Assembly: GCA_022450595.1 (NCBI GenBank)
Contig: JAKUPT010000009.1
Location: 1 to 61,783, forward strand
Direction: 5' to 3'
Origin: Bdellovibrionales bacterium
GTDB lineage: Bacteria > Bdellovibrionota > Bdellovibrionia > Bdellovibrionales > UBA1609
Length of the DNA stretch: 61,783 nt
The notes under the pieces were generated by a model. That model worked only from the letters and a program-made list of their open reading frames with translations, made no database searches and was not told the origin of the DNA. Made by a program: the position numbers and the translations under genes. Shown here piece by piece: positions 29,047-38,591 of this stretch (the first letter of the stretch is position 1; every line of letters begins with the position of its first letter).

Positions 29047-29832
29047 ATGGGAATAGAAAAGCCATCGACAATTATAAAAGGAGAATCGGCCGCTGACTTA
29101 GTATTTGATTTTCAGCCACAGAAGTTTCCAGTGGTACCAACTCAAGAGGCTGAAGACTTTGTTAGTTCTCAAGCTGAAGGTCACTCTGATTTTAGAATTA
29201 GTGAAATCGTCTCAGATCAGATTGGAGCCAGTAAGTTACAGCGAACACAACTTGAGGACAAGTTTCATCAGGAAGCCTTAGAGAAATTAAAAGATGTCGA
29301 AGAAAAAGCTTATAAAGAAGCCTATGAGATTGGTTTAATTGAGGGGGAGAAAAAAGCTCTTGAAGAAAAAAGAGAAATTTTAGACCAGAAGATTGCACAC
29401 CTTGATGAACTTCATAAAAATTATGAGTCCCTTACAAAAAGTTTATTTGAGCAGAAAGAAACAGAGATCATCAAACTTGTTTCTATGGTGGCATCTAAAA
29501 TAGCATTATTTGAGATCAAAACCCATAAGGAGTTTATTACTGAATTAATTGTTAAACTGATTGAAGACATTCAATCCGAAGAACAGGCCACGGTTTATAT
29601 TTCTCAAGACGACTTTGATTTTATTGCTTCTGCTAGAAAAGAATTAGAACTAAAACATCCAGAATTTCAAAGAATAAAACTTGAAGTGGATGAAAGTATC
29701 CAAACAGGGGGTGCTTTTTTAGAAACTAATATTGGAATGATTGATGCCAGCATTGAACAACGTGTTGAAAATGTATGGGAAAGTCTTAAAGACAAACTGC
29801 CGTATGTAAAGGCCTTGGAGACTAAAGAGTGA
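29047..29832 (+). CDS. fliH: Flagellar assembly protein FliH
   Basis: Lies between fliG and fliI; AYKEAYEIG GxxxG-type repeat and GGAFLETNIG.IDA. Confidence 0.88.
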   Translation: MGIEKPSTIIKGESAADLVFDFQPQKFPVVPTQEAEDFVSSQAEGHSDFRISEIVSDQIGASKLQRTQLEDKFHQEALEKLKDVEEKAYKEAYEIGLIEGEKKALEEKREILDQKIAHLDELHKNYESLTKSLFEQKETEIIKLVSMVASKIALFEIKTHKEFITELIVKLIEDIQSEEQATVYISQDDFDFIASARKELELKHPEFQRIKLEVDESIQTGGAFLETNIGMIDASIEQRVENVWESLKDKLPYVKALETKE

Positions 29833-31145
29833 TAGAATTTGATTTAAGCAAATACGAATCAGCACTTGAAGATTCTATGGTCCTAAGGGACATCGGTAAA
29901 GTCATTCAAGTCACAGGATTTTTGGTGCGTGCTTACTTGCCGGGTGCTTGTCTTGGAAGTCTATGTGAAATTTATCCTTTAACGGGAAAACAATGCTTTT
30001 CTGCCGAAGTGGTGGGTTTCCACGGGCGAGAAGTTTTGTTGATGCCTTTGGGGGAGATGAGAGGTGTTGGTTTAGGCTCTCGTGTAGTTTTAAAGCATTT
30101 AAAAGCAACGGTGAAAGTTGGCGATGCGCTTCTTGGTCGAGTACTCAATGGTTTGGGTAGGCCCATTGATAGTAAAGGCCCATTGCATTTAACGAATGAA
30201 ATGGAGCTTTATTCCGAAGAAGTGAACCCTTTGTCTCGTCCACCGATTAGAACCCCACTTGGACTTGGTGTAAAGGCCATAGACAGTATGGTCACTGTTG
30301 GACGGGGGCAACGTGTAGGAATTATGGCAGGCTCCGGTGTTGGTAAGTCTGTACTGATGGGTATGATTGCTAAAAACTCAGAAGCGGATGTTAATGTGAT
30401 AGCCATGGTTGGCGAGCGTGGCCGTGAGGTTCGAGAATTTGTTGAAGACAGTTTGGGTGAAGAAGGACTTAAAAAGAGTGTGGTGATTGTTGCCACATCA
30501 GATGCCAGTCCACTGGTTAGAATGCGTGCTGCCTTTGCGGCAACAAGTGTCGCTGAATACTTTTCAGATCAAGGCAAAAATGTGTTGTTTATGATGGACT
30601 CAGTGACTCGTTTTGCTATGGCACAACGAGAAATTGGACTTAGTATTGGAGAGCCACCAACCACAAAAGGTTACACTCCAAGTGTATTTACTTTACTTCC
30701 AAAGCTCTTAGAGAGAGCTGGTCAGTTTGAAAATAAAGGTAGTATTACAGGTCTGTACACTGTGCTTGTTGAGGGCGATGACATGGATGATCCTATCGGT
30801 GACAGCGTAAGATCTATTGTTGATGGTCATATTGTATTAAGTCGAAATCTTGCTCACAAAGGTCACTTTCCAGCGATTGATGTATTGCAAAGTGCCAGCC
30901 GTGTGATGACCAATGTAACAAGCAAAGATCATCGTTTGATGGCTCAATTAATGCGCGAAAACTTAGCTTTGTATAAAGAGTCGGAAGATTTAATTAATTT
31001 AGGAGCTTATAAAGAAGGCACTAACAAAAAAATAGATCAAGCGATAATGATGTTTGCAAGAATTGAGGCTTTTTTAAAACAACCCATGGATGAAAGTTAT
31101 AGTTTTGAAGAGGTTCAACAGCTCATGCAAGACACATTAACATAA
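29829..31145 (+). CDS. fliI: Flagellar export ATPase FliI
   Basis: AGSGVGKS, GERGREVREF, MDSVTRFAMAQRE and DGHIVLSR. Confidence 0.97.
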   Translation: MIEFDLSKYESALEDSMVLRDIGKVIQVTGFLVRAYLPGACLGSLCEIYPLTGKQCFSAEVVGFHGREVLLMPLGEMRGVGLGSRVVLKHLKATVKVGDALLGRVLNGLGRPIDSKGPLHLTNEMELYSEEVNPLSRPPIRTPLGLGVKAIDSMVTVGRGQRVGIMAGSGVGKSVLMGMIAKNSEADVNVIAMVGERGREVREFVEDSLGEEGLKKSVVIVATSDASPLVRMRAAFAATSVAEYFSDQGKNVLFMMDSVTRFAMAQREIGLSIGEPPTTKGYTPSVFTLLPKLLERAGQFENKGSITGLYTVLVEGDDMDDPIGDSVRSIVDGHIVLSRNLAHKGHFPAIDVLQSASRVMTNVTSKDHRLMAQLMRENLALYKESEDLINLGAYKEGTNKKIDQAIMMFARIEAFLKQPMDESYSFEEVQQLMQDTLT

Positions 31146-31155
31146 GGTTGTTATA

Positions 31156-31605
31156 ATGAAGTTTAACTTTAAGCTAGAGCCTGTATTAAAACACCGGCAA
31201 ATAAAAGAAGACATAGCCAAAAAAGAATATGCTGAGGCTGAGCAAAAAGTGCAACAAAGTTTAAACATCATTAATGGTTATTATGATCAAATTGAAGAGT
31301 TAAGAAACTTAAACGCCAATAAACAAAAAAGTGGTGGTAACGTTTCAGCATATATGGACTTAAATATTGAAATGATAGAAGGCACAAAGAAAAAAATAGA
31401 AAAAGAAAAACAAAAAGTTAGAGAATTGATGCAGATAGCAGAAGAAAAAAAAGAAATTATGATTGAGGCCAGACAAGAAAAAAAAGTTATTGAGTCTATT
31501 AAGACAAAAAGATTTGAAGAGTATAAAAAATATAGAAAAAAATTAGAGCAAAAACAAATTGATGAAATGGTAAGTCAACGTTACGCGAGGTTAATAAATG
31601 AATAA
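31156..31605 (+). CDS. fliJ: Flagellar export chaperone FliJ
   Basis: MKFNFKLEPVL N-terminus, coiled coil, EQKQIDE; follows fliI. Confidence 0.9.
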   Translation: MKFNFKLEPVLKHRQIKEDIAKKEYAEAEQKVQQSLNIINGYYDQIEELRNLNANKQKSGGNVSAYMDLNIEMIEGTKKKIEKEKQKVRELMQIAEEKKEIMIEARQEKKVIESIKTKRFEEYKKYRKKLEQKQIDEMVSQRYARLINE

Positions 31606-32401
31606 CCCATATCAAGAGCACTTTAAAAAGACTAAGAAAATTAAACCTTCGCAAAAAAAGAAGGTGAGTCTTCCTAAAAAAGAAGAGAGCCAAAAATCTA
31701 GTCTTAAAACAGTAGATGACTTACGAAATGAGTTAGCTGCTCGTAAAAGCAAACGTAAGCAAGTGCGAAGAAAAAATGAAAAACAACCAATTCAACTTTT
31801 AATATCTCTTGGTTTGGGAGCAGTACTTTGTTCATTGGGACTTTTGTACACAGACAAAATTGATAGCTTTATCTCTAAAGTCGACATTGGAATGTTTGGT
31901 ATGGCTGAAGCTAAAGAGGAAAAAACTGCCTCGACGAATGGTCCTGTAGAGGAAAAAAAAGCTCCAGTAAAAAAGTCCAACAAGACTGCTGAAAACATTA
32001 AATGGACTCCTGAACAAATAAATAATTTCAATAAGTTACGTGATAGAAAGTTAGAATTAGATGCCCGCGAAAAAGAGTTGGCAAAGTTGGAAGAGGAATT
32101 GCAACAACAAAAGGGTGAAATAGAAAAGCGCATCCAAGAGTTGGCTAGAATGCGGCAAGAGATTGCAAAAGTGTTAGAGTCAAAGGTGGAAATTGATGAG
32201 GAGAAGATCACAAAGCTAGTAGATTTCTACTCAAACATGAAGCCTGCAAGTGCAGCTCAAGTGATTCAGGATATTGATGAAGACTTGGCGGTTGAAATTC
32301 TTGGAAAGATGAAAAAGAAAAATGCAGCAAATATAATGAATTTGCTCAAGCCAGAGAAGGCTCAAAAACTAACGGAAAAATTTGCCGGTTACATGAGGTA
32401 A
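31598..32401 (+). CDS. MotE/FlbB-like flagellar protein (TM, coiled coil, MgtE_N-like)
   Basis: Single transmembrane segment, long coiled coil, LVDFYSNMKPASAAQVI...ILGKMK..AA.IM; between fliJ and fliK. Confidence 0.82.
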   Translation: MNNPYQEHFKKTKKIKPSQKKKVSLPKKEESQKSSLKTVDDLRNELAARKSKRKQVRRKNEKQPIQLLISLGLGAVLCSLGLLYTDKIDSFISKVDIGMFGMAEAKEEKTASTNGPVEEKKAPVKKSNKTAENIKWTPEQINNFNKLRDRKLELDAREKELAKLEEELQQQKGEIEKRIQELARMRQEIAKVLESKVEIDEEKITKLVDFYSNMKPASAAQVIQDIDEDLAVEILGKMKKKNAANIMNLLKPEKAQKLTEKFAGYMR

Positions 32402-32427
32402 CTAGAAAAACATAGGAAGTATAGAAC

Positions 32428-34236
32428 ATGGATGTTCTTTCAACTGTAGCAAATTTGAATACACCGATTCAGCCGAAGTCTACCAATTCGGCAGTAAACG
32501 GTATGAACTCTCAAAGTTCTGAGAAAGGCTCTCAGAATAAGGAGTTTTCTCAATATCTTAATAATTCCTCAACTAGTGAAAAAAAATACTCAAATAAAGA
32601 AGCTAAAAATACTTATACAGCTCAAAATAATGAAAACACGAACTATAATGTAAAATCTAAAGATCAAAATCAGCAAAACACTCAACAAACGAGTAAAAAA
32701 CAACAACAAGATGAAACAGTGGTAGATAATGCAGCTGTCACTCCAAACAGTCAAATGACGGATGACAGTCAAGCTGTTAAAACTTTGTCTGAACATTTAA
32801 ATAAAATTGAAAACAGCAAACAAGAATTTGTGGATCCTTTAACTAAAAGAGCTGCTATTCAAAACTTTGTAAATAATATGAAGGAAAGTTTTGATATAGA
32901 GCCAACAGAAATTGTTCGATCATTTGCAAATCTATCTGTGGAAGAACTAGGGCTTCCCCCTGAGCAAACCATGGGTAAGGTTTTATCACATTTACCATTA
33001 AATAATGGTGATAAACAAAAAGCTCAGGCGTTGTTTACAGATATGCTTGAGAAAACAGAAGCCTCATCTATGGCTGATTACCTTAAAACATCAGACCGTG
33101 AGATTTCTTTAAAAGCTATCAGTGATGAACAAATAAAAAGACAAGAGCTTGATAAGTCATTAGTTAAACTGAATGAAAACTTTTTTACTCCTTTAAAAAA
33201 CCCTGAAAAAATTGATGAAAGTGTGGTTCAAAGTGAATGGCTTAAACCGCAACAAACATTAGATAGCAAAGAGTCTGTACCCCAGTGGATGAACTCTGCT
33301 GATAAAGACCTTACAGGTCAATTTGAGTCGCCAAAATCTATTCAAGATCTTGTGGGGTTAAACAAAGAAAACAAGAGTTTTTATTCTCAATCAGTAGAAG
33401 GTGAAAAACCGGAGCTATCGAACTATTCGGTCAATGATCAGCAATCTTTAGAAGAAATATCAAAAAATGTAGATTCTGTAGATCAAGACCTGAACTTTAA
33501 AAAACCAGAACCACAAGTTTTAGATATTAATAAATTAGCCTTAGATCGCCAAATGCAGGCCAAGCAAGTGAGTGCAAAGACTGACACAAGTTCTGATATG
33601 GAAAGCTTTTCTCACGACAATTTAGATGCTCAAGTAGATGTTTCTAAAGGTTTTAATACAGGCGCTCAAGCTCAAAAGATTCAAGACACTCAGGTGTTTC
33701 AAAACATCATTCAGCAACAAAACGTTACTGAGGCTGATGTTGAGTCAAATATAAATAAAATTATTCAGAGCTCACAGACCATGATTAAAGATGGCGGTGG
33801 TGAGATGAAAATTCAAATGAATCCTGAGGGGCTAGGTGAGGTAAACCTTAAGGTTCTTGTAGAAGATGGAAATGTTAATATCGAGATGATTGCTGACAAC
33901 AAAGATGCCAAAAAACTTATGGAAAAGGGATTACTGGACTTAAAAGCAAATTTAGCCAGTCATAAGCTCAACGTCGATGGAATTAAAATTGACATGGCCG
34001 ACCAGTTACAAAATCAGATGCAAGAAGAGTTTCAAAATCAAGAACGTGAATTTGCCAGACAATTTATGCAAGACTTTCGACAGAATAATCAAGGCTTCCG
34101 TCAGCAGTTTTTCACGGGTTTTGGCGAAAATAACTTTAAATCTCAAACTGAAGACGAAGCTGATAATGAGCATATAAGAAATCAGTCTAATAACAAAAAA
34201 TCTAACTCAAATCGTAGATTAGACTTAGTGGCCTAG
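32428..34236 (+). CDS. fliK: Flagellar hook-length control protein FliK
   Basis: Low-complexity N-terminus and C-terminal MKIQMNPEGLGEVNLKV; directly before flgD. Confidence 0.9.
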   Translation: MDVLSTVANLNTPIQPKSTNSAVNGMNSQSSEKGSQNKEFSQYLNNSSTSEKKYSNKEAKNTYTAQNNENTNYNVKSKDQNQQNTQQTSKKQQQDETVVDNAAVTPNSQMTDDSQAVKTLSEHLNKIENSKQEFVDPLTKRAAIQNFVNNMKESFDIEPTEIVRSFANLSVEELGLPPEQTMGKVLSHLPLNNGDKQKAQALFTDMLEKTEASSMADYLKTSDREISLKAISDEQIKRQELDKSLVKLNENFFTPLKNPEKIDESVVQSEWLKPQQTLDSKESVPQWMNSADKDLTGQFESPKSIQDLVGLNKENKSFYSQSVEGEKPELSNYSVNDQQSLEEISKNVDSVDQDLNFKKPEPQVLDINKLALDRQMQAKQVSAKTDTSSDMESFSHDNLDAQVDVSKGFNTGAQAQKIQDTQVFQNIIQQQNVTEADVESNINKIIQSSQTMIKDGGGEMKIQMNPEGLGEVNLKVLVEDGNVNIEMIADNKDAKKLMEKGLLDLKANLASHKLNVDGIKIDMADQLQNQMQEEFQNQEREFARQFMQDFRQNNQGFRQQFFTGFGENNFKSQTEDEADNEHIRNQSNNKKSNSNRRLDLVA

Positions 34237-34248
34237 GGAGTATTTTAA

Positions 34249-35217
34249 ATGATCGGTATTAAAACAGGCACAAAAACATTTTCGGACAATCAAATGAAAT
34301 CTACATTTGATGACCAGAAACAAAATACATTAAGTGCTCTTGAAAAAGAAAAAATGCTTGGTGGTCAAGAAGTTGGAGATTATTTAAATAAAATTGTTGA
34401 TCCTAACTGGGTGGACCCATCAAAAATCCGAAAAGGTGCTGGTAATGATGAGCTGAATAAAGATGCCTTCTTTAAACTTCTTCTTACCCAGTTAAAAAAC
34501 CAAGATCCAACCACTCCAATGAAAAGTCATGAAATGGCGGCACAATTAGCACAATTTAGCTCTCTTGAGCAATTAAATAACATCAATTCTAGCATTGAGG
34601 GCTTAACGGAAGCACAAAAACCTAGTGAACAGTATGGTGCCTTAAATATGATTGGAAAAGCTGTTCAAGGTGATAGTGGTAAGTTTTTTAGAGCCAATCT
34701 TGAAGATGAACACGCCATAAACTTTAATTTACAAAAAGATGCTGAAAAAGTGAGCTTAGAAATTAAAGATAAAAATATGCAGACTGTTAAAAAATTAGAA
34801 TTCACTAATTTTGCAAAGGGTAAAAATGAAATCACATGGAATGGAATGCTTGATGATGGCTCAAAAGCCCGTCCAGGTGATTATACTGTGGATATTGTGG
34901 CCTTTGACAAGCAGGGTAGTAAAGTGGCTGCCGACACAGCTTTTAAAGGAAAAATTTCAGGTGTTAATTTTACTCCACAAGGGCCTGTATTAATGATTGG
35001 CAATAAGTCTGTAAAACTCTCTGATATAAAAGAAATTATTGATCCTTCACAGATTAAAAATGAAAATGTTAATAAGGTCAGTGATGAAGAGATTAAAGCT
35101 GCAACGAAAAAGTTAGATGGAGTGAATCAAGCCGCTGGAAGTTTAGATGATGTGGCTATGAGTCGTGAAGTGGTTAACAAAGTTAAAGGCTCTGGTGGTA
35201 AAACCTCGGCAAGGTAA
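34249..35217 (+). CDS. flgD: Flagellar hook capping protein FlgD
   Basis: KDAFFKLLLTQLKNQDPT.PM...E.AAQLAQFSSLEQ and an Ig-like WNG...G....PG.Y segment. Confidence 0.95.
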   Translation: MIGIKTGTKTFSDNQMKSTFDDQKQNTLSALEKEKMLGGQEVGDYLNKIVDPNWVDPSKIRKGAGNDELNKDAFFKLLLTQLKNQDPTTPMKSHEMAAQLAQFSSLEQLNNINSSIEGLTEAQKPSEQYGALNMIGKAVQGDSGKFFRANLEDEHAINFNLQKDAEKVSLEIKDKNMQTVKKLEFTNFAKGKNEITWNGMLDDGSKARPGDYTVDIVAFDKQGSKVAADTAFKGKISGVNFTPQGPVLMIGNKSVKLSDIKEIIDPSQIKNENVNKVSDEEIKAATKKLDGVNQAAGSLDDVAMSREVVNKVKGSGGKTSAR

Positions 35218-35230
35218 TGGGATTTAGGAA

Positions 35231-35638
35231 ATGGATTTAAAGCAACTTCAGTTTAACAGTGAGATACAAGGTTTAAGAGGTTTAAAACAACCTCAAGACA
35301 ACCTTAAAAATCCTGTTGATAAAAATGAATTTGCGGATCTATTAAAAAAGACCCAAGATGATGGCTTAAATAAAAGCCAGGAAAGTGTTTTAAAGTTTTC
35401 AGCCCATGCCGTTGATCGTATGAAAACCAGAGGGGTTAAATATGATGCCGAGATGCTTTCACGAATTGAGAATGCTGTAGAAAAAGCCAAAGGCAAAGGG
35501 GCAAAAGACACTTTAGTGATTGCAGATGATTCAGCACTAATTGTGAATCACAAAAAAAATACAGTTGTAACGGTTATGGATAAAATGAATTTAAAAGAAA
35601 ACGTTTTTACAAATATCGATAGCACAGTGATAGTTTAG
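35231..35638 (+). CDS. Flagellar operon protein (TIGR02530-like)
   Basis: LKFSAHAVDRM..RG, KAKGKGAKDTLV and NTVVTVMD...KENVFTNIDSTV; canonical position between flgD and flgE. Confidence 0.9.
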   Translation: MDLKQLQFNSEIQGLRGLKQPQDNLKNPVDKNEFADLLKKTQDDGLNKSQESVLKFSAHAVDRMKTRGVKYDAEMLSRIENAVEKAKGKGAKDTLVIADDSALIVNHKKNTVVTVMDKMNLKENVFTNIDSTVIV

Positions 35639-35700
35639 AAAGGGGGACGGGGAAGTCACAAATGCTATAACAAATTTAAATAACGACAGGATGTCATAAC

Positions 35701-35755
35701 AGGGCTGGTCCTCATTGAGGGGGCCCTTCAAAACCACTGATTGCTTGATGTGGTT
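35701..35755 (+). ncRNA. Candidate cis-regulatory two-hairpin RNA in the flgE leader
   Basis: Hairpin 1 AGGGC-TGGT-CCTC-ATT-GAGG-GG-GCCCT; hairpin 2 AACCAC-TGATTGCTTGAT-GTGGTT; GC-rich island in an AT-rich spacer, just 5' of the GGAGG RBS, with no U-tract. Confidence 0.6.
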
Positions 35756-35773
35756 AAAACATGGAGGTTAATA

Positions 35774-37060
35774 ATGGGTGTATTATCATCACTATACACA
35801 GGTGTATCTGGTCTAGCAGCACAAGGTGAAGCTCTAGGGGTTATTGGTGACAACATTGCCAACGCCAACACTACAGGCTTTAAATCAAGCCGAGCCGAAT
35901 TTCAGGACATTATATCAAAAAGTTTAAAAGGGATTTTGGGTGGTAACCAAATTGGTCGTGGTACTAAAATTGGTGCAGTAAACCCAATTTTAACTCAAGG
36001 TAATATCGATGCCACACAAAAAGAAACAGATCTTGCCATTTCTGGTGACGGATACTTTGTATTAAGAGGAACAGATGGTGAGTCCTTTACAAGAGATGGT
36101 TCTTTTCACTTTGACAGAGAAGGCTACCTTGTAACCAATGACAACCAAAGGGTTCAAGGGTATCAAGCCGATGAAGAGGGAACTATCATTAACAAAATGA
36201 ATGATATTAAGTTTCCTCGCGCCTTAATACCAGCTGAGCCAACAAAAGTTATGAATGTTGAATTGAACTTGGATTCAAGAATTCAAAAGATTAAAGAGTT
36301 TGACCCAGAAAATCCTTACGACACTTCAGATTACACAACAGGTTTAGAGGTGTTTGACTCTCAGGGTAATAAACATTTAATGACTTTATTTTTTAATAAA
36401 ACAGCAGATCGTACTTGGAGCTATAGAGGTATGGTTGACGGGGAAGAAGTCACTGGTGGTGAGCCAGGAAAGCTTTCCGAAGTTACAAGTGGTCAGTTAA
36501 CTTTTACTACTGATGGTTTGTTGGATACAGAAACAGTGAACAACATGGCATTTAACTTTCAGGGTGGAGCTCTGCAAAACCAACAAATAAAGTTAAACTT
36601 TGGAGATTCAATTACCACTGATGGCGGAACTGGTCTTGATGGAACTAAGCAGTATGGTAGAGATTCTGATCTTATAAGCTGGAACCAAGATGGTGCGGCA
36701 GCTGGGACAATCACAAACCTTTCTTTCAATGATGAAGGGGTATTGTCAGCTCTTTATTCAAATGGTCAAACTCAAGATTTAGCTCAAGTGGCTCTTGCAA
36801 AATTTGAAAACCCAGAGGCAATGTTTAAAGTAGGTAATAACCGAATGAAAGAAGCCAGAGACTCTGGATCACCTTCAGTTGGAAAGCCGAACAAAGCTGG
36901 TCGAGGAAAGCTATTTGCGAAATCACTAGAGCGATCAACAGTGGATTTGGCTTCTGAGTTTGTAAACTTAATTCAGAACCAAAGGGGTTTCCAGGCCAAC
37001 GCCAAAACCATCACTACTACGGATGAGCTTTTAAATGAAGTGATCAACCTGAAGAGATAA
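35774..37060 (+). CDS. flgE: Flagellar hook protein FlgE
   Basis: SLYTGVSGL, IGDNIANANTTGFK, DLAISGDGYF, FTRDGSF, LERSTVDLASEF and QRGFQAN; GGAGG RBS before ATG 35774. Confidence 0.96.
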   Translation: MGVLSSLYTGVSGLAAQGEALGVIGDNIANANTTGFKSSRAEFQDIISKSLKGILGGNQIGRGTKIGAVNPILTQGNIDATQKETDLAISGDGYFVLRGTDGESFTRDGSFHFDREGYLVTNDNQRVQGYQADEEGTIINKMNDIKFPRALIPAEPTKVMNVELNLDSRIQKIKEFDPENPYDTSDYTTGLEVFDSQGNKHLMTLFFNKTADRTWSYRGMVDGEEVTGGEPGKLSEVTSGQLTFTTDGLLDTETVNNMAFNFQGGALQNQQIKLNFGDSITTDGGTGLDGTKQYGRDSDLISWNQDGAAAGTITNLSFNDEGVLSALYSNGQTQDLAQVALAKFENPEAMFKVGNNRMKEARDSGSPSVGKPNKAGRGKLFAKSLERSTVDLASEFVNLIQNQRGFQANAKTITTTDELLNEVINLKR

Positions 37061-37087
37061 TATTAATAATAAACTATTTAATATAAT

Positions 37088-37116
37088 AAACCGCACATAA
37101 AATGTGCGGTTTTTTT
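37088..37116. terminator. Rho-independent terminator of the flagellar operon
   Basis: AAACCGCACAT-AAA-ATGTGCGGTTT followed by a T-tract, between convergent genes. Confidence 0.88.
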
Positions 37117-37119
37117 ATT

Positions 37120-38496
37120 TTAAAATGGAGATATATTTCCACTTGGTGTGTGTACTCTAGGGGGAGTGTTTAAGCAGCCATTTGTATTATGGGGTGTGTA
37201 TTGATGATTGACTTTATTTTCAACTTTCTCACCTTTCATTTGTGATGAAAGTGGATGAATTATTTCCGAATTATTAACACGAACAGACAGATAGTTTTTA
37301 TTTTTTATTGAGTCTTTGTAATAAAACTCAGGATGCCATTCATGCGTGAAAGTTATACTTTCAGGTGGGAAGTATACATCTGCAGAAAAATCGTTAATAA
37401 CTGATGAGCCAAGACCAAGACTTATTCTTGAAAAGCATTTTCTGGTTAAGTTTGTTATGGCACGAAAACTGACAACCTCTCCAGCATTTAAAGAGACTTT
37501 ATACACCCTACCGTTTATTTTTTCGATGTTTTGAGTGTTTTGGTAACTAATATTCAAGGCCGAAGAGTAATTTGTCCCTATTTTATTGATCATAATATTA
37601 TTAGGAAAATGGATTTTTGTTTTAATACTATTATGATTGTTATTTTGTACAACTATGTCCGCTACAGCCACATTTGCATTTTGGTAATTATATTTATAAG
37701 GAAGAGCTTTGATTTGAAGACTGATATTTAGCTTTTTAAATTCAATTTGAAAGGGCTTTGATAATAGGTAATCCCCATTTTTTTGTCCAATGATTCGACA
37801 AAGCTCTCTAGGGTAAACTTCTTCTTTAATAGACTTTACATTAAATCCAAAAAATGGATTTAATAAGTTTTTTTGTGCAAGGTATTTAGTACGGAAGCTT
37901 TGACAAATAAGCTCTAAATTCCCTACTTCTAAATCGGGAATAATAAAATGCTCATCATTTAAAGCTTCTTTGTGAATAACCTTAATCTCGTTGGTACTTT
38001 CTCCGGCTATAGTAATAAGACCCTCTTCCACTTGTTCTGATACATCGACACTTTGCGAATAGAGCCGAAAGTTATGACTGCTTCCATTGTCTTTTTGAAC
38101 TGTAAACTTAAATGTGCAGTTTAATGTTTGTTTTTGAATGATATATTTAGGATGAAGCGCCTCTTTGGGCATAAGTTTTTGAATGTTAATTTTGGGTTGA
38201 AAAGAAAATTCTTTTGTTTCTATTAGCTCTTTTTGGTCAGTGTCGTAACACCGAGTAAGGGTGGTAAAAGTCATATTGTGAGTGCTCTCATTGGTGTCAA
38301 AGATAAGACTGTCTGTGAGTTGTAAAGGCTCTTTGCCTTGATGTTGAACATTGGTTAAAAAAATTTTTCCCTTTTTATTAGCTATTTGAGGCTCTTCAAT
38401 AGACCATGGGGCTTTGTTTGCGTTGGTTCCCTCTTGATTGTCTTTTTGGGCACATCCCATTATAAGCATAAGAGGTAGAAAAAATAGAAACTTCAT
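37120..38496 (-). CDS. Hypothetical lipoprotein
   Basis: AAGGAG RBS; MKFLFFLPLMLIMGC lipobox; beta-rich, several Cys; no family recognised. Confidence 0.75.
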   Translation of the reverse strand: MKFLFFLPLMLIMGCAQKDNQEGTNANKAPWSIEEPQIANKKGKIFLTNVQHQGKEPLQLTDSLIFDTNESTHNMTFTTLTRCYDTDQKELIETKEFSFQPKINIQKLMPKEALHPKYIIQKQTLNCTFKFTVQKDNGSSHNFRLYSQSVDVSEQVEEGLITIAGESTNEIKVIHKEALNDEHFIIPDLEVGNLELICQSFRTKYLAQKNLLNPFFGFNVKSIKEEVYPRELCRIIGQKNGDYLLSKPFQIEFKKLNISLQIKALPYKYNYQNANVAVADIVVQNNNHNSIKTKIHFPNNIMINKIGTNYSSALNISYQNTQNIEKINGRVYKVSLNAGEVVSFRAITNLTRKCFSRISLGLGSSVINDFSADVYFPPESITFTHEWHPEFYYKDSIKNKNYLSVRVNNSEIIHPLSSQMKGEKVENKVNHQYTPHNTNGCLNTPPRVHTPSGNISPF

Positions 38497-38591
38497 AAGT
38501 CACTCCTTGTTTGTAAGTATACAAGGAGATTGCAAATACGAAGACCTGCTAAAACTTTGATATATTTGATTTAAAATTCAATTTTCGGATT

